NCBI GenBank assembly: GCA_007375595.1
Contig: VMEP01000001.1
Location: 255,883-319,882, forward strand
Length of the DNA stretch: 64,000 nt
Direction: 5' to 3'
Source of the DNA: Parcubacteria group bacterium LiPW_30
GTDB taxonomy: Bacteria; Patescibacteriota; Minisyncoccia; Phycocordibacterales; VMEP01
The notes beneath the pieces were generated by a model. That model was not told the DNA's origin and searched no databases. It saw only the letters and a list, made by a program, of their open reading frames with translations. The translations under genes and the position numbers were made by a program. Position 1 is the stretch's first letter; the number at the start of each line of letters is the position of its first letter. Below are positions 35,975 to 46,143 of this stretch, piece after piece.

Positions 35975-38134
35975 CTACTCAAAGTGTATCGTTGCTTCTT
36001 TTTCCGCTAGTTTTTCTTTAAGTCTAGGATATTTAGTGAGCTTGTTTTCAAGAATTATTTTTTTTGCTTCCTCTCGCGCTGCTTCCACCATCTTTAGATT
36101 TTTTAGCGCCTCCATTCCAATATCAGAAAGCCCCCATTGTTTTCCGCCAGAGAGTTCTCCTGGGCCACGTAGTTTTAAATCAAGTTCGGCAAGCTCAAAT
36201 CCATTTTTCGCTTCAGTGATTGCCTTTAGGCGAGCTTTTGATTTTTCGTTGTCTGACTCAGGGAATAAATAACAATATGATTGATGACTACTTCGCTGGA
36301 CTCGTCCGCGAAGTTGGTGAAGTTGAGCTAGTCCAAATCTTTCCGCACCCTCAATAATAATTGAAGTTGCGTTGGGAACATTTAATCCAACTTCTACCAC
36401 AGAAGTTGCAACCAAAATATTCATTTTCCCAAAAAGAAAATCTTCCATCACTCGGTCACGTTCTTCGCGCTTCATCTTGCTGTGTAAAATTCCGATAGTA
36501 GATTTTGGGAAAACACTTTTCTTTAAACGTTTAGCTTCAGCTGTTACCGACTTCGCATTCAGTGCCATTGATTTGTCTGGATCTGGTTCGTCAATTCGCG
36601 GACAAATTATATATGCCTGCCTACCAGCGGTAATTTCTTCTTGGATTTTTTCATAAACTTTTTCGCGTTTTCCTTTGGTGACAATTTCTGTAATAACTTG
36701 TTTTCGCCCAACAGGCATTTCGTCTATCAGTGTTAAATCTAGGTCTCCATAGACGGTTAGCGCGAGCGTGCGTGGGATTGGAGTTGCGGTCATTGAAAGA
36801 AGGTGTGGAGCGGAAGTATCTTTGCGAGCAAGCCTCATTCGCTGGTTTGTGCCGAATCGATGTTGTTCGTCAATAACAACTAAACCTAAGTTTTTAAAAG
36901 AAACACTTTTTTGTATTAAGGCGTGTGTTCCAATTACGATTGGAATTTCCCCATTTGCCACCCATTTCAGAAATTGAGTTCTTGAAATATTTGTCCAAGA
37001 GCTCGGATTTACTTTTGATGGAAATTTTCTACACCCTGAACCCGTAATTAAACCAACGGAGATATTCATGTGGGTAAAATATTTTATGAAGGATTCAAAA
37101 TGCTGAGAAGCCAATATTTCAGTTGGCGCCATATAAGCGACCTGCATTCTGGCGGCGCGGTTTTCTTTAGGGCTTGTGGAAATAACCGCGTAAGAAGCAG
37201 TTGCCGCAACGGCAGTTTTTCCCGAACCAACATCTCCTTCAAGTAGGCGCGACATTGGTTTTCCACTTTTGAAATCTTCCAAAATGTCTTTTATCGCATT
37301 GTTCTGCGCCTCGGTTGCTTCAAAAGGGAAGCGTTCAATAAACCCTTGAACATCCTCTTTGTCGGGTTCTATAACAAACGAGTTATTTTTTTCAAATTCA
37401 AACTTTGCTTGTTGTCGTTGTAGTTGGATGAAAAAGACTTCTTCGAAAGCGAAACGTTTGCGCGCCGCAGAAGCGTGAGATTCATTTTTGGGATTATGTA
37501 TAAAAATGAGCGCATCTTTTAACTGAGGAAGTTTGTATTTTGTAAGAATCTCGTTTGGTATTGGGTCATCTAAAGTATTTAAAAAATTTGCTTGAAGTAA
37601 TTTTCTTATTGAGTGCTGAAACCACAAAGAAGAAATTCCCTTACTTTCCTCATATACAGGAATCATGCTCTCGGTTGTGACCGCCTCTCCCAGTAACCCG
37701 TTTTGAAGAGGGAGGCTCGCAACACGCTCTATATCTGGGTTTGCTAAATATCGTGAACCACTTCTTTCTGAAATAACACCACTTACTCTCACAGAAGATT
37801 CGGCAGGAATCATTTTTGCGAGATATGGTTGGTTGAACCAAACTATTTTTATTGAGCCTGTGTGGTCGGTGAGAGTTCCTTCGGCCATTGGGATTTTTTT
37901 TCGGAAAGCTTTGCTTGTTTTAAGATTGGTTAGTTTGCCGAAAAAAATAACCCGGTCGCCAGAACGAGAAGATAAAATTGCTTGAGACGAACCAAAGTCT
38001 ATATAGCGCGAGGGAAGGTGATAAAGAAGATCTCTTACTGTTATTATTTTTAGTTTAACAAGAGCTTCTTTCTGAGATTGATTTAACCTAAAAAGAGAAG
38101 ATATTGGGGTTTTTTCCTCAAAGGTTGTTTGCAT
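35975..38134 (-). CDS. recG: ATP-dependent DNA helicase RecG
   Basis: Wedge domain plus SF2 helicase motifs GDVGSGKT, DEQHRFG. Confidence 0.9.
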   Translation of the reverse strand: MQTTFEEKTPISSLFRLNQSQKEALVKLKIITVRDLLYHLPSRYIDFGSSQAILSSRSGDRVIFFGKLTNLKTSKAFRKKIPMAEGTLTDHTGSIKIVWFNQPYLAKMIPAESSVRVSGVISERSGSRYLANPDIERVASLPLQNGLLGEAVTTESMIPVYEESKGISSLWFQHSIRKLLQANFLNTLDDPIPNEILTKYKLPQLKDALIFIHNPKNESHASAARKRFAFEEVFFIQLQRQQAKFEFEKNNSFVIEPDKEDVQGFIERFPFEATEAQNNAIKDILEDFKSGKPMSRLLEGDVGSGKTAVAATASYAVISTSPKENRAARMQVAYMAPTEILASQHFESFIKYFTHMNISVGLITGSGCRKFPSKVNPSSWTNISRTQFLKWVANGEIPIVIGTHALIQKSVSFKNLGLVVIDEQHRFGTNQRMRLARKDTSAPHLLSMTATPIPRTLALTVYGDLDLTLIDEMPVGRKQVITEIVTKGKREKVYEKIQEEITAGRQAYIICPRIDEPDPDKSMALNAKSVTAEAKRLKKSVFPKSTIGILHSKMKREERDRVMEDFLFGKMNILVATSVVEVGLNVPNATSIIIEGAERFGLAQLHQLRGRVQRSSHQSYCYLFPESDNEKSKARLKAITEAKNGFELAELDLKLRGPGELSGGKQWGLSDIGMEALKNLKMVEAAREEAKKIILENKLTKYPRLKEKLAEKEATIHFE

Positions 38135-38169
38135 ACGTGTTGCCTTTTAGTATAGCAAACTCATTGAGG

Positions 38170-38766
38170 TTAATTTTTCTTGTTACTACCAAGAATATTT
38201 TCTTCAAAAATTGTAGTGATAAGACGCTCAACCACAAGGAAAAGAAGAAGACCTAAGGCGAGCCCAATTTCGGCATAGCGGAAATAATATTTAAGGTGAG
38301 GTATCCAAGCGCTTGTAGTATAAGCAATCCCTCCGACTATAAAGATCCAGACAAGCACTGCTTTTACGTCAGCTCTAAAAAATTTTCTAACTGGGACGTT
38401 AAGCATTCCTGAACGAATTAAGGTTATACGATTGGTGCCATAGATAAATTTCGTGGCCATAAGGAGAGTATCTGTACGGTTTAAAATGCCGTCATCAAAG
38501 CGTTTAGTTACCTTGCTAATTATTTTAGAAGGTAGACTTTCGGGATGTCTGTTGGCAAATTTTCCTAATGAGTACCATAAAAAATCCCCAATGAGCGCGC
38601 CTAAAATAAGAAGTGGGGCGATATATGGAAGATAGAAAAATCCTTGTTTTGTAAGAAAAGCGGAAACGAAGACAACAACATCACCTTCAATCATCATTAA
38701 AGCAAAGGCCCCTAAATAGGCGGATAGTTTCCAAGAGATTAAGTATTTTAGGAAGAGGGTTTTCAT
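38170..38766 (-). CDS. DedA/VTT-family membrane protein
   Basis: TM topology and DedA-like core. Confidence 0.65.
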   Translation of the reverse strand: MKTLFLKYLISWKLSAYLGAFALMMIEGDVVVFVSAFLTKQGFFYLPYIAPLLILGALIGDFLWYSLGKFANRHPESLPSKIISKVTKRFDDGILNRTDTLLMATKFIYGTNRITLIRSGMLNVPVRKFFRADVKAVLVWIFIVGGIAYTTSAWIPHLKYYFRYAEIGLALGLLLFLVVERLITTIFEENILGSNKKN

Positions 38767-38874
38767 GGGAGCTTATCTATAATTTGTTTCAGCATATCAT
38801 AATTTTTTATCATAAAAACAAAAAGGCGCATGTAGATTTTTCTACACACGCCTCCTAAGGTTAGGCTGAAGGTT

Positions 38875-39327
38875 TTATTCCAGCCCGACCAAACTCAGGG
38901 TCATCCCCAGAATCGGCAGATGGTTTGGAAAAAAGTTCTGGAGCCCTCGGATTTGGTCAAGGGAGAACGACTTCACAATTTCTCCCTCGTCGCCAGTTGC
39001 CGCGAGATCTGCAAAGTCCCCAAGTCCGACGTAGAGATACTGGGTGTGGGTCCTCTTGTCGAGTTTCCCGAGCCTGGATACTCGCACCGTCACACCAGTC
39101 TCTTCTTTGACCTCACGTACGGCGGCATTGTCTGCTGCCAAATGGTCGTCGTATGGATGTTCTGGATTGACGTCCTCCTTGTCGATTTTTCCGCCAGGGA
39201 ACTTCCAGTAATGTGGCTCAGGTTTCGTTTTGTCGAGGACTAAGGCAAATCGCCCCGTATTCTCGTCAATTACCGCAACAACAGACGCGCCAATACCGGC
39301 CGTCTTATCAGATTTTTGATTAGCCAA
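38875..39327 (-). CDS. NUDIX hydrolase
   Basis: Nudix box GGKIDKED....AAVREVKEETGV; GC-rich. Confidence 0.7.
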   Translation of the reverse strand: MANQKSDKTAGIGASVVAVIDENTGRFALVLDKTKPEPHYWKFPGGKIDKEDVNPEHPYDDHLAADNAAVREVKEETGVTVRVSRLGKLDKRTHTQYLYVGLGDFADLAATGDEGEIVKSFSLDQIRGLQNFFPNHLPILGMTLSLVGLE

Positions 39328-39534
39328 TTTAACCCACCTCCTAGCGGGGGAAAATCAAGTTAAGTTAAAGGGTCTTGCTACTTTTTATGATAGCACGTTT
39401 GTATAAAAAAGTCAATGCGGGGTGGTAATGTGTACACATTACCCATAGAGCTTGACTACTTAATTCTGCCATGTTACCGTACAAAAAGATTCATTGTCCC
39501 GCTCCGAAAGGAGCTTTCCTTAAAGGAGGAACCC

Positions 39535-39894
39535 ATGCTACTGTCCAGCGAGTTAGCCTTGCAATTGAAATCCGTTCGGAAACCGATCGTGTTCTCTCTT
39601 TTCGGACCGGAAGGCGCCGATGACGAGCGGGAACAAATCATCTTCAAGAATGCTCTGGTCGTCGAAGTAATTAACGCCTTGCGACTCTGTGGCTTCTGTC
39701 AAATCTATGCCGCCAAACTCCTGATTGGAACCTCCAATGAGGCAAGAGTGCGGAGAGAAACCTTCGAGCTTCTTGAGCTTTTCCAAAGGCAGATCATGCT
39801 TTTGAGGATCGGCGGAGAGACCCTCAAGTTCGAGACACTCGAATTTGGCGAACCGGGCTCAGTGTCGATTCGGCTGGATGTACTTTTGATTTGA
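39535..39894 (+). CDS. Hypothetical protein (GC-rich)
   Basis: RBS AAAGGAGGAA before internal Met; terminator downstream. Confidence 0.35.
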   Translation: MLLSSELALQLKSVRKPIVFSLFGPEGADDEREQIIFKNALVVEVINALRLCGFCQIYAAKLLIGTSNEARVRRETFELLELFQRQIMLLRIGGETLKFETLEFGEPGSVSIRLDVLLI

Positions 39895-39912
39895 CGCGAA
39901 CTGTCAAAACAG

Positions 39913-39945
39913 GCCGCCCCAATTGGGGCGGCTAACTTTTTTAAT
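39913..39945 (+). terminator. Rho-independent terminator
   Basis: caggccgccccaattggggcggctaacttttttaa. Confidence 0.65.
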
Positions 39946-39959
39946 TATTTTCTTCGGCC

Positions 39960-40165
39960 AAATATCTTACTTGCTGTTGCTCGTAAAAATTTAAAACGGA
40001 GACGGTGGTTCGGCCACGAATATTTTACTCGCCGTCGCTCGTAAAATTTCTTGACCACGGCTCGCGACCTGTTCTGCTGAACAGGTGCCCGCTCCGCCTT
40101 TCGAATCCCACCGTCTTTACGAAAAATATAGTCACAAAATGCTTCACATTTTGTTCCTTGTTTTA
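39960..40165. repeat. Degenerate repeats derived from the tRNA-Ser 3' end
   Basis: aacggagacggtgg at 40002 and 40165; ttcgaatcccaccgtct at 40097 is an inverted copy of the T-arm/acceptor; direct repeats ttact[ct]gc[ct]gt[ct]gctcgtaaaa at 39969 and 40025. Confidence 0.5.
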
Positions 40166-40252
40166 CGGAGACGGTGGGATTCGAACCCACGGTCCCGATT
40201 AAGGGACGCCTCGTTAGCAGTGAGGTGCTTTCGACCACTCAGCCACGTCTCC
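40166..40252 (-). tRNA. tRNA-Ser (anticodon GCT) with long variable arm
   Basis: GGAGACGTGGCTGAGTGGTCGAAAGC...CTGCTAA loop...long extra arm...GGTTCGAATCC. Confidence 0.85.
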
Positions 40253-40340
40253 ATATATTATATAAACATTGCACGCTTTCTCTTTTTAATGCACCGCCGA
40301 TATGAGAAAACTTAACACATTTTTATTAGTTGAGCCAATG

Positions 40341-41030
40341 TTATTTTGCCACAGTGATTTTTAAAAAATTCCTTGCTCCAGATTTTTTAAGAGCTTTTTC
40401 TGCTTCATGGAGGGTTGCGCCAGTAGTTGAAACATCGTCTATTAAAATTATATTTTTTCCGCGCACTAATTCTTTGTTTTTAACAGCAAAACAACCGCGA
40501 ACATTATTTTTTCTTTCTCCTTTATTTTTTATTTCCGCTTGTGGGGGTGTGTCAATCGCACGGAGAAGAATATCTTTTTTAAGTGTGAAGTTTTCTCCCG
40601 CATCTTTTTCAATTAAAGCTTCCGCCAAAAGTTCCGCCTGGTTATATCCTCGTTTTTTAAAACGTTTTGTAGAAAGTGGAACGGGAATCAGAACGGCATC
40701 GCTCCAGTTTTTTAGTAATTTTAGGTCGGCAAGTTCTGGAAGTAGTCTTTCATAAAGAGCTTCCGCTAAAATTGGAGCTAAGTATCTTCCATTTCTGTAC
40801 TTTAGTTTCCAGATAGCTCTTTTAACTATTTTGTTCTGGTAAGAAAACACAGCAACAACCTCTTCTTCTTGTTTAAAATCTGGTGGCGGTAAAACGACGA
40901 GGCATTTTGCGCATAAACCAACCTCTTTTTCCCCACAACCAACACAAGAAATAGGGTAGAGGGTATTTGATAGCAAAAAAGAAAGGGGCTGTAATAAATC
41001 GGTTAGTTTTTTTAAATCAACACTAAACAT
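40341..41030 (-). CDS. comFC: Competence protein ComFC (double zinc ribbon plus phosphoribosyltransferase domain)
   Basis: CxxC..CxxC N-terminus and PRTase motif IILIDDVSTTGAT. Confidence 0.8.
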   Translation of the reverse strand: MFSVDLKKLTDLLQPLSFLLSNTLYPISCVGCGEKEVGLCAKCLVVLPPPDFKQEEEVVAVFSYQNKIVKRAIWKLKYRNGRYLAPILAEALYERLLPELADLKLLKNWSDAVLIPVPLSTKRFKKRGYNQAELLAEALIEKDAGENFTLKKDILLRAIDTPPQAEIKNKGERKNNVRGCFAVKNKELVRGKNIILIDDVSTTGATLHEAEKALKKSGARNFLKITVAK

Positions 41031-41115
41031 CGCAAATTTTTAAAACTTTTTTATGTTATACTTTTAAAAAGACTTTTCAAACATGGCTATTGTAATTGTA
41101 ATTGATTTTTAGGTT

Positions 41116-42267
41116 ATGGATAATCCCTTCAACAAAATTCTTGGGTCACTTAAATCGGGCTTCGCCAAAAGAAGCCAGAGTGTTGTTGGTATCGATATTG
41201 GTTCTTCTTTCGTTAAAGTTGTGCAACTTAAAAAGAAAGGTGGACGCGCCGTGCTTGAAACATATGGCGAGCTTGCTTTGGGCCCAATCGCTGGGCTTGA
41301 AGTTGGAAGAATGACCAACCTTTCTGCGGAGAAAGTTGCCCAAGCGGTAGCAGATATTTTTCGTGAGGCCAACGTGACAACAAAAGAGAGCGCAATCGCA
41401 ATTCCGCTTTCTGGTAGCCTTATCTCTTTTGTGGAGATTCCGTATCTTGTAGAAAAACAACTTCAAGAAATTATTCCGATTGAAGCGAGAAAGTATATTC
41501 CTGTGCCAATCTCCGAAGTCACTCTTGATTGGTGGATTATTCCAAAATTTGATAGCGCAACAACCGAAGTTAGCGAATCGGAAAAATCGAGTATTACTGC
41601 CGGAGCAAGAGTTCAGAAGGCCGATGTGTTGATTGCTGCAATTCACAATGAGGTGCTTATGAAGCTAAAAAGCGTAGCAACTTTAAATAGTTTAAATGCT
41701 GGGTTTTTTGAAATAGAGGTTTTCAGTACAGTTCGTTCTACTTTTGGACACGACTTGGTACCAACAATGCTTTTTGATATGGGTGCCGGAATGACCAAGC
41801 TTTCTATTGTGGAAAGAGGAATCATGCAAAGCTCGCACATAATAAATAGAGGATCACAAGACATCACGATGAACATTTCAAACTCTCTCGGGGTCTCGTC
41901 TTCGCGCGCGGAAGAGCTGAAGCGTTTATACGGATTATCTCAAACAGAGACCGAAGAAGGAAAAGTTGTCGCCGAAATCTCATCCACAGTTCTTGAGTAT
42001 GTATTTTCCGAAGCGAATAGGATATTATTAAACTACGAAAGGAAATATAATAAAACTGTCTCAAAGGTTATCCTTATCGGTGGCGGCGTTCTTTTAAAAG
42101 GGTTTAAAGAAGCAGCAGAAAAAAATCTAGAAGCCGAAGTTCTTTACGGAGATCCATTTGCAAAAGTCGAAGCCCCTGCGTTTTTAACAGATGTATTAAA
42201 AGAGGCTGGACCAGAGTTTGCTGTGGCAATAGGATTGGCTCTAAGAAGACTACAAGAACTTGATTAA
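41116..42267 (+). CDS. pilM: Type IV pilus assembly protein PilM (actin-like ATPase fold)
   Basis: VVGIDIGSSFVKVV and later conserved blocks. Confidence 0.85.
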   Translation: MDNPFNKILGSLKSGFAKRSQSVVGIDIGSSFVKVVQLKKKGGRAVLETYGELALGPIAGLEVGRMTNLSAEKVAQAVADIFREANVTTKESAIAIPLSGSLISFVEIPYLVEKQLQEIIPIEARKYIPVPISEVTLDWWIIPKFDSATTEVSESEKSSITAGARVQKADVLIAAIHNEVLMKLKSVATLNSLNAGFFEIEVFSTVRSTFGHDLVPTMLFDMGAGMTKLSIVERGIMQSSHIINRGSQDITMNISNSLGVSSSRAEELKRLYGLSQTETEEGKVVAEISSTVLEYVFSEANRILLNYERKYNKTVSKVILIGGGVLLKGFKEAAEKNLEAEVLYGDPFAKVEAPAFLTDVLKEAGPEFAVAIGLALRRLQELD

Positions 42268-42298
42268 AAAATTTTTATATTAGGCACTTCGTAATTTA

Positions 42299-42919
42299 AT
42301 GGATTACCCATCACAAAATCAAACATCATTTATTCCAAGAAAGTCCTTGGTTAAAGAAGGAAACGGGGGTGAAAAACCTGTTGGGGTCTTTCTTATTATT
42401 TCTGTTTTTATTTTTCTAGTTGCCGTTCTTGGTGGTGTTGGCGTCTTTCTTTACGAGAAAAAATTATCTAACGATATACAAAGTGCTAGCGATAGTTTAA
42501 AAAGGGCACAAGGGGCTTTTGAAATTCCAACGATAGAGAATTTGAAATTATTAGGAAGAAGAATTGAAATGTCTAAAAACTTAGTTCAAAGACACACCGT
42601 AGTGTCGCCGGTTTTTGAATTACTACAAAACGAAACTTTGAAAAGTGTGCGATTTAATAAATTTGAATACTCTAATGACCTTAAAGGTGTTGTGAAGGTG
42701 GATTTGGACGGAGAAGCAAAAAGCTATGAAACTCTTGCTTTGCAGTCATCTGAGTTTGCCAAAAATAAGAACATTAAAGGTAATGTCTTTTCAAATATCA
42801 ATTTGGATGAAAAAGGCAATGTTGTTTTTAAAGTAGAACTCACTCTTGACCCAACTGTTATTTCTTACCGCGACCAATTATTACGATTAAGTGGTGGTAG
42901 TGAAGATTTCCAATTTTAA
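42299..42919 (+). CDS. PilN-like bitopic membrane protein
   Basis: Single TM after short N-terminus; follows pilM. Confidence 0.5.
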   Translation: MDYPSQNQTSFIPRKSLVKEGNGGEKPVGVFLIISVFIFLVAVLGGVGVFLYEKKLSNDIQSASDSLKRAQGAFEIPTIENLKLLGRRIEMSKNLVQRHTVVSPVFELLQNETLKSVRFNKFEYSNDLKGVVKVDLDGEAKSYETLALQSSEFAKNKNIKGNVFSNINLDEKGNVVFKVELTLDPTVISYRDQLLRLSGGSEDFQF

Positions 42920-42922
42920 AAT

Positions 42923-43516
42923 ATGCTTAAAGTAATTTTTCCAATTTTATTGCTCTCCACGTCAGTCTTGATGTTTTTCACTTTTATTAATCCGCATTAT
43001 CAGAAAATAAAAACAGAACAGGTTGAACTTGCGGATTATAATGAGGCACTCGATAATTCGAAGATTATTTTAGGTCAAAAAAACGATCTTCTGGCTACCG
43101 TTAATGAAATTCCACAAGAACAAAAAGATAAATTAGAAAAATTACTTCCAAGTAATATTGATAATATCCGTCTTATAATCGAAATTAATAATATCGCCAA
43201 AAGATACGGAATAGTGCTTCGGGCAATTGAATTTGGTAGCACCCCTGGTAGTGGAGACAAGAAGACTGACAGCTCTCAGGCGGGACAAAAGGGCGCTGCA
43301 CCAAGCACTACTGGCGGAAATAATGAATACGGGACGGTCACTCTTGGTTTTACCACAGTCGCATCGTACAAGACATGCGTTTCTTTCTTAAAAGAAATAG
43401 AAACGAGTTTACGTTTGGTCGAAATAAAATCTGTCTTGTTTGATGCTCCAGCTTCTTCACAAGATAAAGATTTGTACACCTTTAGAATTGAGCTTAGTAC
43501 CTTTTGGTTAAAATAA
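42923..43516 (+). CDS. PilO-like bitopic membrane protein
   Basis: Single N-terminal TM; operon position. Confidence 0.45.
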   Translation: MLKVIFPILLLSTSVLMFFTFINPHYQKIKTEQVELADYNEALDNSKIILGQKNDLLATVNEIPQEQKDKLEKLLPSNIDNIRLIIEINNIAKRYGIVLRAIEFGSTPGSGDKKTDSSQAGQKGAAPSTTGGNNEYGTVTLGFTTVASYKTCVSFLKEIETSLRLVEIKSVLFDAPASSQDKDLYTFRIELSTFWLK

Positions 43517-43525
43517 AAAAGATAT

Positions 43526-43882
43526 ATGATTTCTAAAAATATAAAGAATATAGTAATAGCCGGGGTGATAATAGGCGCAAGTTTTCTTGTTTATTCTTTT
43601 TTTATAAAATCTAGTGATTCAAACGAATCTATTTCTTCAACCCCGTCTGCTGTTGAAATGAATCAGACTGATAACACCACAGGAAATCAAATCTTAAAAA
43701 TATTAAGTAATTTAAAAACTATCAGAATAGATAAAAACTTCTTTTCTGAACCAGCCTTCATTGAGTTACAAGATTATAGTGTTAATTTGACCGAGGAACA
43801 GGTTGGTAGACAGAATCCATTTATTTCCGTAGGAGCTGAGCCGGTACAGGCACCACAGGCTACCCCTAAGGTAACACAGTAA
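43526..43882 (+). CDS. Hypothetical bitopic protein in pilus operon
   Basis: N-terminal TM; position before pilB. Confidence 0.35.
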   Translation: MISKNIKNIVIAGVIIGASFLVYSFFIKSSDSNESISSTPSAVEMNQTDNTTGNQILKILSNLKTIRIDKNFFSEPAFIELQDYSVNLTEEQVGRQNPFISVGAEPVQAPQATPKVTQ

Positions 43883-43930
43883 GTTGTGGTTTTGTGATAG
43901 TTAACAGTTAAAAATTATTTTTGAAAAACT

Positions 43931-45637
43931 ATGAGTTTTCTCGACAAGCTTGCTGAAGAAAAAATAATTAAACAAAGTGAGCTTGAAGAAATAAGCTTGC
44001 GTTTAGCTGAGGGGAATACAGATGTTGACGATATTCTTATCGCCAAGGGAGTGAAAGAGGATGTTATTGTTAAGCTAAAATCTGAATATTCCAATGTTCC
44101 AATGCGAAGAATAGATATAAAAGCTATTTCTTTTGACGTTTTAAAATATATTCCAGAGGAGTCGGCAACTTATTATAAATTTGTTCCAATTGGAGTCACT
44201 CAGGGTGTGCTTGAAGTTGGCCTTTTGGACCCAGATAACCTAGATACTCGCGATGCGTTACAGTTTATTGCTTCGAAAATTGGGATGCCGTTTAAGATGT
44301 TTGTTATTTCAAAATCTGATTTCAACGGGATAATTAATAACTACAAAGGATTAACCGGGGAAGTGACCCACGCACTTGAAGATCTTACTCCACCTCAAGG
44401 AGACATGGATCTTGATGCGGAAAAAGCTGAAGGAAAGGTTGATACAGAAAAAATAATAGAAGACGCCCCAGTTTCTAAAATAGTTGCGGTTATTTTAAGA
44501 CATGCCACAGAGGGTGGCGCCTCAGATATTCATATCGAAAACGCTGGAGACAAAGTTAAGGTTAGGTTTCGTGTTGACGGTGTTTTGCATACAAGTTTGT
44601 TTCTGCCGTTAAAAGTTTACGCGGCGGTTATTTCTCGTATTAAAATTCTCGCCAACTTAAAGCTCGACGAAAAAAGAAAACCACAAGACGGACGTTTCTC
44701 GGTAAAACTAGAAGGTAGGAAAGTGGATATTCGTGTTTCTTCTTTGCCAACATTTTACGGAGAGAAGATAGCAATGAGAATTCTTGATTCGGAAAAGGGT
44801 GTTAAGCCACTTGATAGCATTGGTCTTACTGAAGGAAATTTGGCGAAAATAAGAAAGGCCATGCTTGAGCCGTATGGTTTGATTTTAGTTAGTGGACCAA
44901 CCGGTTCTGGAAAGACGACCACTCTTTACTCGATGTTAAATGAGCTTGATAGAGAAAAAAGAAACGTAGTAAGTTTGGAAGATCCGGTTGAATACAATAT
45001 TCCAGGGATGAATCAATCTCAAATTGTTCCTGAGATTGGATATAGTTTTGCTTCTGGTCTCCGTTCTATTTTGCGTCAGGACCCAGACGTGATAATGGTT
45101 GGTGAAATTCGTGATAAAGAAACTGCCGAACTTGCAATTCAGGCTTCTTTGACTGGGCACATGGTGTTCGCAACCATCCACACTAATAACGCAATCGGTA
45201 CAGTTCCTCGTTTGGTTGATATGGGTATAGACCCATATTTGATTGCTCCGACTTTAACTCTCTCGATTGCTCAGCGTTTGGTTCGTGTCGCTTGCCCTGC
45301 CTCTATTCGGCCAGTACCGGTTGAGGGTGCAATTAAAATGATGTTTGATAAACAATTCGCAGATTTACCAGAGGAGTTTAAGAAAGAATTGAATCTTGGG
45401 GGGAATGTTTACAACGTTGAGCCGTCTCCGGAATGCCCTTCAGGTACTCGTGGTCGCGTCGCGGTGTTTGAGATTTTTGATATAGATAAAGAGGTGGAGG
45501 CTATGATCTTGAAAGACCCAACAGACATAGAACTTTGGAAGATTGCTCGTAAAAAGGGGATGCTCACAATGAGAGAAGACGCTATCCAAAAGGCTCTTCG
45601 TGGAGAGATTGCTTTTCAAGAAGTAAACTCATTGTAA
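43931..45637 (+). CDS. pilB: Type IV pilus assembly ATPase PilB (GspE family)
   Basis: Walker A GPTGSGKTTT, Asp and His boxes, C-terminal tetracysteine motif. Confidence 0.9.
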   Translation: MSFLDKLAEEKIIKQSELEEISLRLAEGNTDVDDILIAKGVKEDVIVKLKSEYSNVPMRRIDIKAISFDVLKYIPEESATYYKFVPIGVTQGVLEVGLLDPDNLDTRDALQFIASKIGMPFKMFVISKSDFNGIINNYKGLTGEVTHALEDLTPPQGDMDLDAEKAEGKVDTEKIIEDAPVSKIVAVILRHATEGGASDIHIENAGDKVKVRFRVDGVLHTSLFLPLKVYAAVISRIKILANLKLDEKRKPQDGRFSVKLEGRKVDIRVSSLPTFYGEKIAMRILDSEKGVKPLDSIGLTEGNLAKIRKAMLEPYGLILVSGPTGSGKTTTLYSMLNELDREKRNVVSLEDPVEYNIPGMNQSQIVPEIGYSFASGLRSILRQDPDVIMVGEIRDKETAELAIQASLTGHMVFATIHTNNAIGTVPRLVDMGIDPYLIAPTLTLSIAQRLVRVACPASIRPVPVEGAIKMMFDKQFADLPEEFKKELNLGGNVYNVEPSPECPSGTRGRVAVFEIFDIDKEVEAMILKDPTDIELWKIARKKGMLTMREDAIQKALRGEIAFQEVNSL

Positions 45638-45730
45638 TGAGGTGGATAACACGTTTTGTAGTATGATATATAATATTCAGTGGATTAAGAAGTATAAAAT
45701 ATTTCTTAAAAATCTGAATAGATACATATT

Positions 45731-46123
45731 ATGGAGAAAATGAATAAAAAAATACTTATTGTTGATGACGATAATTTTTTGCTTGATATGTACAGTTTAA
45801 AATTCACCGAACGTGGTTTTAGCGTGGACTCATCTTTGGGGAGCGTTGACCTAATTCAGAAGCTACGCGGTGGAGCGACCCCAGACATTTTGTTATTAGA
45901 CATTGTTATGCCGACAATGGATGGTTTTGAAGTTTTGGAGGCAATAAAAAAAGAAAATTTAGCAAAAGGTGCTATTAAAATAATACTTTCAAACCGCGGA
46001 CAGAAGGAGGATATAGACCGCGGGATAAGTTTAGGGGCAAAGGGATATATTGTAAAAGCAACAGCTACACCAACGGAAGTGGTTGATAAGGTGATAGAAA
46101 TAATTGGATCTTCTCAGAAATAA
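45731..46123 (+). CDS. Single-domain response regulator (CheY-like receiver) inside the pilus operon
   Basis: ILIVDDD...LLLDIVMPTMDG...K receiver signature. Confidence 0.75.
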   Translation: MEKMNKKILIVDDDNFLLDMYSLKFTERGFSVDSSLGSVDLIQKLRGGATPDILLLDIVMPTMDGFEVLEAIKKENLAKGAIKIILSNRGQKEDIDRGISLGAKGYIVKATATPTEVVDKVIEIIGSSQK

Positions 46124-46143
46124 TAAAATATTAATTATTTAAA

